Source: Phoronis australis (lineage: Eukaryota; Animalia; Phoronida). From it: a stretch of 38,912 nt of DNA. The notes below the pieces were generated by a model. The model saw nothing but the letters and a program-made list of their open reading frames with translations. It was not told the DNA's origin and did no database searches. A program made the translations under genes and the position numbers. This document shows, one piece after another, positions 1 through 11,330 of this stretch (position 1 is the first letter of the stretch; each line of letters starts with the position of its first letter). Location of the stretch: the NCBI GenBank assembly GCA_002633005.1, contig NMRA01000306.1, positions 148,535 to 187,446 of the forward strand, written 5' to 3'.

Positions 1-310
1 AAGGCCCAATGCGACAACTTACATTGGAACAAACTCGTTTAAGCAACAATGAGCTGTACTATGGAGCCAGTTGACGAACGATGTTAGGTGTTGTGCTGAC
101 GTAATAACTTTAGCAGTAGATTGTCAAGCCGGTTTTTTAAAAGAATGTATATGTCAGAGTTGCACTTCATGTATAAATCTTTTGATAAGTGAAATAAGAT
201 ATGAGTCATTGTATATGTTTCATTGCACATGTCTCATCTACTGCATCTTTGTATATGCTCATCATATTTTACCGGTGATTTGTATTTGCCGTGTCGGTGT
301 GAAATAAACA

Positions 311-332
311 TTTTACTTACTTACTTACTTAC
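311..332. repeat. (CTTA)n / (GTAA)n microsatellite
   Basis: ttttacttacttacttacttac read directly. Confidence 0.8.
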
Positions 333-385
333 TGAAACACAGTACTCAATAACTCATATATCGCCAGCGTCGTGGTCAATTCCAT
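333..385 (-). CDS. Possible first coding exon of a divergent (head-to-head) gene continuing off the left edge; MELTTTLAIYELLSTVF...
   Basis: Minus strand: aaaATGG start context at 385, 17 open codons + 2 nt, then CA|GTAAGT donor at 332. No homology recognised and the donor lies within a (GTAA)n repeat. Confidence 0.3.
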
Positions 386-499
386 TTTATGCAAGTTCAA
401 TCAAAATAGATCTTTTTATTGATGGGTGTGAACATAACTGGCACTGGCCTTCCTTCGGAACCCCGCAACAATCGTCCTACATCTCAGTCCACCTACGCG

Positions 500-660
500 A
501 CCGACGAGAAATTTCCAGTTTTGTGAATGAAGACAAGTTGACCTGACCTTTCCTTATTGGGCATAACCTGTCCTGATTGGCTAACAGTCAGACAACTTTG
601 TGTCGATCACAAGTCTAGACAAGCCCAGTGGCATGTCTTCGTGACTGCGGGAAAATCCAT
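500..660. promoter_or_regulatory. Putative (possibly bidirectional) promoter of the TNFR-like gene
   Basis: Locally CpG-rich; reverse CCAAT boxes ATTGG at 556-560 and 576-580; kB-like GGGAAAATCC at 649-658; lies just upstream of exon 1. Confidence 0.5.
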
Positions 661-789
661 GTTTCCTCGATCGCTTCGTGTGTGAAGTCGGTTTTGATTT
701 TTGCTTTGGTTCAATGGCTTAGAAGACCTCCTTGTTCCTGGTTTTTATCTACGTTAGTGCCATTTTTAGATCTTTAAAGTTCGACAAGG

Positions 790-805
790 ATGATTCAAGA
801 CAAAG
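790..805 (+). CDS. TNFR-like gene exon 1 coding part (MIQDK-G)
   Basis: ATG ATT CAA GAC AAA G|gtaggc; phase 1 joins in frame to the 5033 acceptor. Translation could alternatively begin at ATG 5035. Confidence 0.55.
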
Positions 806-3800
806 GTAGGCTATGTTGCTCGTCAAAGTTACCGGTGGTCGTTCCGGCCGCTCGGATACTGTCATCAGGCCGTCAGGCTAAAAACGACAACACCCGTAGT
901 TTTACGGAATGCCCAATCATGTGTTTAAAATTGAGTGATGTGAGTGAAAGGACGATATGAAAACCCGTTTTTTTCAGGTGGTATGCTCAATTGTTAACGA
1001 CTCGGAAGAACTAAAGGTAGGCTTGCATCAGACCCCGCACTCTAGACAAGACAAGAGTCACCGACGCATCGTTTCAGTCGATGTATTTGGTTATGGATAC
1101 ATGTATATAGCATATAGGCTACTTATGGTCATCGGGGAGCTTGATGCCTGCCTACCACTGATCTCAGATTTGCTAAATCAGCATTCTTTGGTTTGCTACA
1201 CATCTGCACACCTGTTCTTAGAATTAATCATAGACTCTCAGTTATCTCCGTGTATGTGGATAGCGAGTTGGGTCAACTCTCCACTGGTGAAACGTAGAAG
1301 CACTGAACTGATGCATTATGAAAATAGGACTACCGTAGTCGTTTAGTCAGTTCCTGCCCAAGTACTGTCATATCCAGATCAACTTGGCTCCAACTTAAAT
1401 AAAATTTGGCGTAATAATAAAACAAATAACAACTGCCATTTTGCCATGCTGTACCACGAAGATGTGATTGCTAAATGTTTTTAATCATTGATATCCAAAA
1501 TAATTTTTTTGGAACACTTATATAAATTGATAATGGTAGGCCTGCAAGTTGTGTTCGAAGTGACTTGTCCTGGAATATAGCGGCCGCTTATTTGGAGAAC
1601 CTAATTTCATTCACTGAATATAGGACCCATTATTCAATGATTCCCTGGTACTCAAATTCGGGGACCATGTAGTATTCGAAATAACAACAGTTTTTACTCT
1701 GTGACTATCTAAACTTGCTATTGCTCCCAGATCCCAGAGGAATTCTTATGTACTTGTTTTTGCTGTAAACTTTCAACATGCTAATGCATTGATTAGACAA
1801 AATTCAGCATTTTGGTATGTAGGCCTGATTGAAAGAAAAGTATCCTGTTCAGTTATTCTATGCAGAGATGCAGTTTAAATAGACTGTCTAGTGAATTTGA
1901 GTATCTGCCTATACTTGACTAAAGATATCTTTTTACACCATCAATTAACAAGCTAAATAAACACAAAACCTGTATTATGGTTTTGGTATCAAATTTTTGC
2001 AAATGTTTTCGGCCAGAAGTTGTTGAAATGAAAACTCAGGCACATGTTGCGTTTGAACTTCTATCATCATTTAGCAAAGTTTTACTGGATTTTTTCAAGA
2101 AGAAAGTGTTAAAAATCTGAGCCCCTGTTACATAAACTTTGAAGAATGTTTTTTCTGGGGTAATGCTATCATTACTTTAATTTGGTTGTGAATTTTTATA
2201 AAAAATGCTCTTGTTCAACTGAAATGCAACCTTACCTATGATCAGAAGGGAGGCTAATTTTGTTCATGTTTACAAAAAAGAAAAATTAGCTCCGTATCAG
2301 TAAGTTGCTAACCTTTCACTGACCAATCAGTCATGTAAATTATTGAATCGTCTTAATTTAAAATCATAATTCTGAGACTTTTTACTGTGACTTAAAATTA
2401 CACAATATGTAAGAACATTATGGAATTTCTGGCTTCACTTTCAATATATATTCATTGTCACATTTGGAATGACCTTTCATGGTCATGATCCAGTCAATGA
2501 AATCTCACACCTGGTACTTCACATAGCTGAGATGCTTCTCTCAATAGACCTGTGTGGCTTCAGCAAATAACAGAATAAAAGATTACCATGTTTAACTAGC
2601 TGGCTTTAACAAAGGGTACATTATCATAGTTGTCCATTCATGAAGACTAGCCTAGTTCCCAGGTCTTGACAGTTTGCTTGTTTAGTGTTGTGAGATTACC
2701 TGACAACCATACTGATTGTTTGGCTCCAGTTCCCTTAAAATATGCCAACCATAAAGTGCTTTTTGTTGCTTATTAGTTTGGTAAATATTAAATATTTAAC
2801 TGTCTATCCTTTATTTTTTGCTGTTTTGGCAACCTGTTTGTACCTCATGTGCAAACAGGTGTTATATACCACAATCTATCTAGGCATTGTGCAGTAAGTG
2901 AAGGCTATCTCATCTATCTAGTTTTTATTGTTCTAAAACCAAGTCACCGCAATTCTTAAAGATGCATTTAGTAATCTAAAACATGAAAAAATCCAATTGA
3001 TGGGAAAATCTGGACAACAAGTAGAGTTTATTTTTAAAAGTTTTTTTTTTTGACCTCAGCAAATATTTGCCAAGCCTTTTTGATTTGTGCCAGTGTTTTA
3101 TATGAAAATGAATGATAATGGAAGGGGTAATCTAAGTCATCTTTATTTTAGTGGGGGGCTTGGGTAATGCAACTGGAAAATTTGAATACCCACCCATTAA
3201 AGAATGTACAGTACTCAATGAAAGGGAACCCATGTTTGTTGGGAACTTCAAAAACATAGGGACTAATTCAGATTTCTCTGGACAATGAAAACTCAAACAT
3301 GGCTCAGATTAATACGTCGATTAAATTTGCATTTTTATACTTACTTTTTGTAAATTCTCAGAAATCACTCCCGAGAATTATACAATATGCTCACTTGGTT
3401 TAAAAGTATGCTATGTACTGTCAAGTCATGGTTATTGGAATAAAAGTAAGCACCTCTTTCTGGGTACCATTGAGGCATGACTATCTTTTATGACCCCCAA
3501 GCCTGAATTTGCTGTTTGTCACTGTGGAGGCATGCCCTCTGCAATATTTAGTTTATGCTATCTTAACTTTTTATTCTGGACAGGTAAATCAGTTCCTATA
3601 GCTTCTGTTAACAAGTTTGGCACCAATGCTTACTAGCTTCTGCTAACTTTTTATGGACATCGTCCGAAATGGTAAATGGTGCATCCTAGATAGGGTGTTT
3701 AATTCTGCGCTAGGGTGTCCATAAGGCTGCTGTGGACACTCACCAGCTTGCAGTACCATGACTAGGGTACTTTGAAGTTTCAAGCTTTTCCACACCCACA

Positions 3801-6800
3801 ACAATGATCTCAGCTTTATGTCTGGTCCAACCCTGTCTGGAATGAACTATAATCCTATAGGTAAACATGAAGTGTTAATTAGAAGGTGAGAATACACCTT
3901 AAATGTATTGACAAAGGTGTGACTCACAGATGGCCCAGCTATTCACAACTGTAATTACCACACTAGGTAGGTGTCTGCATGAATACACAAACCATGTTCT
4001 ATCTGTTCCCAAGGACTGGTGAAGTAACAAGTCAACAACAACTACTTTATATGCTGGTGGTTGAGTGCTGATTTGGAAGAGAATGTTAAGCCAGCAGATT
4101 TTACCCAAACAAGTTAATTATTCAGACTGTTTGAAAGCTTTAATGCCTGCGTAAAGCTTTGCAAGTTTTCAGATTTTCACAGCACAATTTTTGACGGTTC
4201 ATGTGTACGCGTAATTTAAGTATGTAATAATTCATAATGTTGAGGTTTTAAAAGTTTTTAGTCATAAATATTTTTGTTAAAACTTGCAATATTATGTCTC
4301 AACCGCTTCTCTTGCCTCACAAACTTATATGCATTGTGCCCAGTTCAGTTGGGGAAAAAAACAAAAATGGCACCAGGCCTTTTACATCTCCCTTAAAATC
4401 AGTCTCATAAAATTTGTTATCGTAATAAAATTTTATTTTCGAGACCAAGAAGAACATAAAAAATGACCAGCCTCAATATCAGCGAATGTCTGGTTAACAA
4501 GGGATAGAAATGGCGATTTGTAATAAAATCACAAGAACAACAGGTTTTGTTGTTTTATTGCTCTGGTTAAAGTTAATAACTTCAAGAAGTCTGTTACATC
4601 CAACAGTAATCTCAAAATGTGTTCTTCGAGAGTAAATCCATGACTACTACAGAAAACGTGGTGTTCAGTCATTCTGATGATGAGCTGATTTGCCTGATGG
4701 AATCTGTATGATTTAATAATATTTTAAAAATACTCTTTAAGTATTCATGATTACATGATGACTGTGTACATGTGTGAGTTCTTACCTGTTTGGTAGTTTT
4801 TTGTTTGTGACCTAAGAATCTTTCTTTTTATACATGAAGTTAACACACTCATATCTGGCATAACATAAAAGCAAGCTTTAGTTTTGCGATTGCTACTGCA
4901 CTGGAATACTGGATGTTTTATCCTAAAGTAAAGGTAACAAAAATGTTTCTCTCAAGTGTTAATGTTGGATTACTCAACGAAAATGACAAAATCTGACACA
5001 AATGTATTTACTGCACTTTTTGTTTGTTGCAGGAATGGTCGTCCTTATTGCCACTGTGGCGTTTGTTCTTTGCGTAAGCAGTGCCATGACCTCTTGCCCC
5101 AAAGGACAGTTTTATAATCGCAAAACAGCCAAGTGTTCATTTTGTTCAGGATGTCCACCCAATGAGATCATTCGACGGACTTGTTCGCGTAACAAGGACA
5201 CTGTCTGCGGTCCGTTTCATGAGTGGAGGGATAGTTCCTCAAATGTTCCTGAAGAAGATCATGACCGCCATGAAACGCTTGTTGGTGTAAACAGTGTTGA
5301 GAGAGATGTGACCAGTAAAGAAGGACCGAACAAGAAGACAGGTGATCCTGTGACACACCAAGATGACACCACATATCATATGGTATCTGTTACCAGTGAA
5401 AACCATTGGAAGGTGGTCTCATTCTGCCTGATGGCAGTTGTGGCATTGCTGTTGTTAGGCATGGTTACGTTCTGTGTTCTGCGACTGACTAGGAAAAGAA
5501 AGAAACCAGGTGAGCATTGCTCGAATGTAAAAATTTTGTCGAATTCTTTTCTCAGCGAAATGGGGAACAAATTCAGCGTTAACATTTTCTGCAACATGTT
5601 CAAGTGCTGCCATTGATCTCCAGAGTTAATTTCTGTGTTAAATACCGTAATCGGAAGGAAGGATTCAATTTCTTTAAGTACACAATTTTACTCGAACAAT
5701 TGTGTTTTTTTAGTTATCTTTGTTTGAAAAGTATGGTGGACTCATGAATCTGTGCAGCATGACACACACAGCTTGTTTTCAACACACTTTTTCTGGCCAT
5801 GCTTTCTATTTCTCTATGGAAAACATGTCAGTTACTTTATCACAGGTCGTAAGATGACTTAATCTTCCCATCGTAATCCATGGCTGTAGATATGAAATTA
5901 AATTAATCCTCATCGCCACTGTTCAGTGTGTTGAATGTTGGTCTCTGATCTCTGTGTCATGTGCTAAGTCTTATGTAGACATGGTGCTGAAACTCTAGAA
6001 TTTTATTTTTGGGAGAAGGTTTCTTTCAATATGAAACATTCTACTTGTACATCAAGTTGTTTTGAGCTGTGAGAGCTCTCAAAAGCTTTCATTGCCCGGA
6101 TCAAATTTCATATTCTTGTGCGTAAGATGGAACAAATTAAAGTGGATATTTTGAGACGTTAGTCATTTTTGAGTGAACCCGTTTAAATGTACCATGACAC
6201 AATGACAATTTCATGACATGATGGTCACAAAGAATTAACAAAAACGGTGAAAACATGATAGTGCATTAAGCCTAAACACACATTGGTCCATCAACTGCCC
6301 TATTGCCATCTAGCGGCAAGTTGTATTCCACCATGGCAACGCAGCAATGAAAAATGGTGATTCAAAACACGTTGTAAGTTCTCGCCTCTGGGCAAAAATC
6401 AATGTTAAGAAAAATGGACTTTTGTACAATGGTTTTTGCTAGGTACAGATATCAAAAAACAATACTTCGAATATAAAAATTCAAAATTTTTAACAATTTG
6501 CAATGGACGCTTGAACAATGGATATTTTTGTATGAACTTGAATTTGTTCAGTTGTTACTTGATAATTCCAGGCAGATATCTTTGAAACTATCTGCAGAAA
6601 AAGTTCTGTTTGAAACACGGTCTATACGTTCCATCTGCACCAACTTTGAAGGCAAGTGTTGGCCAAGAATTCACTATAGGTCAAACTTCCTGGTTGCCAA
6701 TTTGATGGAAAACTATGTCAAGGTGGTGATAGAGCTGTGAGTCAATATAGCTGTTGACTGAATCGACTTGGTCAACCACCAGGGCTAGGTTGCATAAAAC

Positions 6801-9800
6801 TTCAAAATTATCCGCTGGATAAGTTCGATTGTTGCGTGATGTCTGGTGCATTGTTCAACAATAACAACGTGGCGCGTGATAATGCGACGTCACTGTTGCT
6901 GTACAGCACATAACTTTTACGCCATTGTGCCCTTGTTGTTGTTCAGGGCCCTTGATGCTCTGATGAAAAATATTTAACAATCTTGCGTAATTCCCTCATC
7001 AGGACAAAAAATTCCCCTCCAATGATTAAAAAATTTCTTCTCAAGGTTAGAACCGCTTCTGTGAAATGTTGGTTCTGGGTACTAAAGGTTTGGTGATCAG
7101 GATGTGGAATTGGTTGGGGGTTATCCTCCCAACCAATATTTACCTTGAAAGTGACACAGATTCCCCTGTTGTCTCTCACCAACTGCCATAGCCAGGATGT
7201 TCCAGTTCTACCTGTGAACTGATTACTTGTATTAAGTATCTGCTTCAAAGATGTTATCAGCAGCAGAGTTCATTTGACTACCTGGTTAAACACAATAGAA
7301 TAGACTGTCAATAAGATTGTTGCCATTGAATGGGTGAACCAGTGCACTAATTTGTGGGTTGACTGGTATTTCAAAGGGGGCTGTATGTATGCTAAATTGA
7401 ATTTTATGTTGTGGTTGGCTGCTAGTGTCTAGCACTGGACTGGAAAATTGAAATATTTACTAGTTATTAGTTTTAAAACCTTAAAAATAATTATGAACAG
7501 TGCCTGCAGGATGTGGTTCCATAGAGAAAAAAAAGTTCAATCATTATCAATTATTATAGGAAATCAACATTTTAATTGTACTGTGACTCTGTATTTTAAG
7601 ATGGTAAAATGTTAGTTAACTTTACATTGAGGAATGATAAGTACTTGGTTATGGCTTCCCCTTTCTGACAATTTTCTAATACCATACCATGTGTTAATGT
7701 AATATTGTGGTGGGTGCCCCCTTTATCATGCTTATGGAAACCCCCAAACCTGAGGTTAATTTTCCTGCACAGGAAAACCGACTCCATAAACATCTGTTGT
7801 CTGGTCGGCAAAGTGCATGTTGTAAAGTGACCCATTGTAAGCTTGTTCTATTCTGAGGTTTTTATATTTCCGCCCTGTGCATTCCACACAGGATGATAGT
7901 TTTAGGTTGCATTCTTTCACATTTGTTCTCTTGAATTTGGAATACTGCACCATTAGGATAGACCAACCTGGATATTAGTTGCATCACTTCCAAAACAGAG
8001 ATATGATATTCACTTCAGGTTTCATTAGGACTATGAATGAAAACTGTCTACCGTAGTCAAAGTTTAACAGAAAAATGTTAACTCGCGTTAGTATTGGATC
8101 TTGAAATATCAGACACTTTCGTTTAAGCCTGAAAAGCACAAAGTTGGTTCTGGCCTCTTACCCTAACTCATTTTGGAGCTGCACTCATCCCCAAAATCCC
8201 AACAAAACGATTGCCTGCACCATTCACTGTCAGCCAAGATCTAGCGTTTTTTGTTTGAAAAGGTGTACAAAGGCACTGAGCATGGGTAAGCCAGTTCTGA
8301 AATGTCATAGAGTCGTAGATCATATTGTGCTTTATTGATGTGGATTTTTTTTGAAAAAATGTGCAACTGACACAATTTTCGAAAAGTAAACTGAAGCCAA
8401 CTATGTTTTTTAACCGTAGTTGTTGGGAATTGATCACAGAATATAATCTTCAAGTTCATTAAACTTCAGAGACTCCTGCTGTTCAAACTGTTTGTAAAAA
8501 AACCCTGTTCATAAATTTAGGTTTAAACCGTCCATTTTTTAGAAATTGGTTTTCCGGTTATCATAATTAGCTAAGTGTGTTGGGTGTTTATCTTTTTATT
8601 GGCTAATAAGAGCCAGAGAAAGTAAGCAAAGCTTTTTATTAGCGGCTTATTAAACCCCTGTCTGTGTTTGGTTGGGCCACTATCAAAACTTGGAGTGTTG
8701 ATGAACTCTGCACGAAGCCAGCATTTGGTTCATGCGAATTTATTTTGATAGCCATGAATATGGCGCTGTTGGTGTTTTTGAAATGATAAACAGTCTGTGT
8801 GCATTATTTTACCTCATGGAAAAAAATTGTTCAATTTCTGACAAGTAATTGTTTCAAAAAATAAAACAAGCCATTTTTTTAACTGTTCTGATTCTTTTTT
8901 CTTGCTTTTACTAATTCTGAAATTACCTAGATTTCATTTTTGAGGCAAAATACTTCAAATGTTTTGTGGTGTTTATGCAAAAACATTCTTATATATTTTA
9001 AATTTATTATGGAGCTATCTTTGTTCAAAATGTTGCACATTTGATCAGGTCTTTAACGTAAGAAATGGGCGCAGATTTGTAATGGCTCCCCTCACTGGCT
9101 TTCAATGACCTTGAGGCAGTGACGGATTAGCTGATGGCAGAATATTTAGAATTTTTGATAATTTTGCACTGTTTCAGTGGTCTCTGGATGCTAAGTTATT
9201 TTTTGGTTCTAATGGATCAGTTATCATCTTGTTGTTTATTGCTTGTCTGTGAGATTGTGTGCGCAACATGCCAGCAAATGTTCCTCCAGTGTTGCAGAAA
9301 GTAAAGTTTTGGACCTTGGTTGTTTTACCCAACATCTGTCTAACTGGGACATGTGTCATTGGAATGTGACAGACTCCAACCTGTCAGAGTTTAAAGCTTT
9401 TTGATGTACAATTTATTGAAAACAGCTTTCCTAATTGATTTATGGGACCCATGCCAAAGTGGAAGTGTTCACCATGCATGCCAAAGTGGAATACATGAGC
9501 ATTTGAAACATCGTACTAAATCATTTTAACACCATATTTCAATCTTCCTTTTTCCTGGAAGTAACTTAAGTAACTGGATCAAATCAACACATCAGGCCAC
9601 TCACAAAGTGTTATTTTGCACTCAACCTACTTTCCTCTCTCAAAGATAAGTTAAGGTTAACATGTTCAGTCTTGGCATTTTTGGAGGCAATTTTCCAAAA
9701 ATTTGAAAAAAGCAATTTTTACCAAATTGTCAATAACATGTTCCTAGTCATACCTCAGCCATCATGCAAGTAAGTCAGCGATAGTTAAAGTTCAATCAAC

Positions 9801-10966
9801 TAAATTTTATTGAGTCAAATAAGGGTTTCCAGTTTTATTTCAGCTTTACTCACACTGTGCTGATCAAATTTAGGTGATTGAACTTTAACTATTGGTTACT
9901 TACAGACATGTTCTTAGAGGTGTTGCATGATGCTTGAAGTATTTTTAGGTATGATCCCACTGTGTGGTTTCCTGTCAGTTTTCTCCTGGGCAGTAATTTC
10001 TTTCACCTGTGTTATGGTCACACTGTTAGTTTCACCTCAGGTATGTGAGGTGGGCTGGCTTCATTCAAAGTTTGTGTTCTATGCAGAGGCTTAATCATCT
10101 GTGCTGTGTTTGTGAGTGGAATGTTTATGCTTGATTGGCCCAATCATAGAGGATAGAGGTCTCATTAGTAGAGGGGAGGTGCCATACATGAGCGTGAGTC
10201 ACTTAGCAGATGGTTTGTGGAGCCTGGGAATTTCCTGATTAGTAGGAATAAAAGCAATTTAGTGGACTTTGAAACAAGAGGATGCACTGGAATCACCTGA
10301 CACATCGAAGTGTTGTTTGTTGTTTGGTTTGGGGCAAAGGGGAGTGTTAGGTGAATTTTTATGTATACTGTTGAAGCTCTCGCTAACACTGCACTGTACA
10401 TGTTGACCAGTCTTTCATCATGCAAGATGAATGGCGATCTTTATTTAATGCCAGTGATTCACCCAAAGGAGACTAATCCAATGTGTTGAATTTCTGTCCT
10501 TCTCTTTAGAACTCCCACATCCTGGGTTCAGTTCTCCTCTTTTGTGAGGTAGAAAAATGCATTGTGTGATTGACCTTGTTCTGATGTAACTCATGGAATT
10601 TTTTCAGATGATCTTGTATATCTGCGCACACGGGTATTTTCGCGTGACCGCCTGTCTACCTCCGATTATGTGCGCTACCTGTCAGACATTGATATAGAAC
10701 TGGGACCATACCACAACCTACGCAAGAAAAGGCTCCAGCGCTTATTCAAGCCAGGAAAAGGGGCAGAGTTCCGCGACGAAGTGTTTGATGTGTCTGATGA
10801 AAGCATTTACAAATCAGTGAACAATGGAAAGTTTCGCCTTCCTGCGATTCCAGAAGAGCTTTTAGAATGTAAATTAACAAAAACTGCACAAACAGAGTGT
10901 GGTTGTGCATCTCCAAACACATGCTCACATGAAAGTAGTTCTTCTTGTAAAGAAGAATGTGTGTAG
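790..10966 (+). CDS. TNF receptor superfamily-like protein with a single CRD (wengen-like architecture); 3 coding exons, 283 aa
   Basis: join(790..805,5033..5509,10608..10966)=852 nt, both introns phase 1 with GT-AG. Signal peptide, CRD CPKGQFYNRKTAKCSFCSGCPPNEIIRRTCSRNKDTVC, stalk, TM VVSFCLMAVVALLLLGMVTFCVL, basic stop-transfer RKRKK, cytoplasmic tail with no recognisable death domain. Confidence 0.8.
5033..5509 (+). CDS. TNFR-like gene exon 2: signal peptide, cysteine-rich domain, stalk, transmembrane helix
   Basis: Acceptor tttttgtttgttgcag|GA; donor CCAG|gtgagc; six-Cys TNFR CRD pattern within ORF 5002..5616. Confidence 0.88.
6781..6906 (+). repeat. Dispersed repeat copy A (transposon-end fragment)
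   Basis: agggctaggttgcataaaacttcaaaattatccgctggataagttcgattg... aligns by eye over about 125 bp with 35213-35338. Confidence 0.8.
9748..9954. mobile_element. Foldback/MITE-like inverted repeat
   Basis: Arms 9770-9807 and 9866-9903 are reverse complements (gtaagt..atagttaaagttcaatca.ctaaattt); outer arms 9750-9769 and 9923-9942 also pair. Confidence 0.65.
10608..10966 (+). CDS. TNFR-like gene exon 3: cytoplasmic tail (DDLVYLRTRVFSRDRLSTSDYVRY...LPAIPEELLE...KEECV*)
   Basis: Acceptor ttttttcag|AT is phase-compatible with exon 2; open to TAG at 10964-10966 (contains ORF 10670..10966). Confidence 0.75.
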
Positions 10967-10994
10967 TATATTGTTTAATTCGTTCCAACAGTCA

Positions 10995-11330
10995 TTTTTA
11001 TGCAACCACAAAAACTAATGTGGTCGCATATCATCAGCATCTCATTGTCCATTTGTTGTTATCTTTTCTTGTTTGAGTTTCTGACAAAAATTGCTTGCCG
11101 AATCCTGATAAAACTTGGCACACAGTTATGTGGCGAAGATGAGACCGCACCAGCTGTCAATGTTGGATGGATTCGACTGCTGTATCTCCATCCGTTTTCC
11201 ATTGTAATTTTTCAAAAGTAATACCTTACCAAAACTACCAGACAAATTATTTTGTAACTTGACGCAAGGGTGTGTATTGAGAATGTACTGTATGCCATAG
11301 TGGTGTCATTATAGTGTGTTTCTACATGTG
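10995..11330 (+). mobile_element. Degenerate Helentron/DINE-like non-autonomous element in the TNFR 3' UTR
   Basis: T-run followed by stem-loop tatgcaaccaca...tgtggtcgcata and a gataaaacttggcacacag core resembling the element at 38500; right boundary uncertain. Confidence 0.45.

Noticed and set aside
957-1346. 129-aa ORF in TNFR intron 1 (and 124-aa ORF 27278-27652)
   Set aside because: No recognisable domain or splice context; consistent with chance ORFs.
2832-2860. 12-bp hairpin acctgtttgtac...gtgcaaacaggt
   Set aside because: Short; probably the decayed start of a Helentron-like repeat, with no further support.
5510-5616. Exon 2 ORF reading on into the intron (204-aa single-exon protein or decoy isoform)
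   Set aside because: Strong donor at 5509 and a phase-compatible exon 3; no nearby poly(A) signal seen to support an intronic-terminated isoform.
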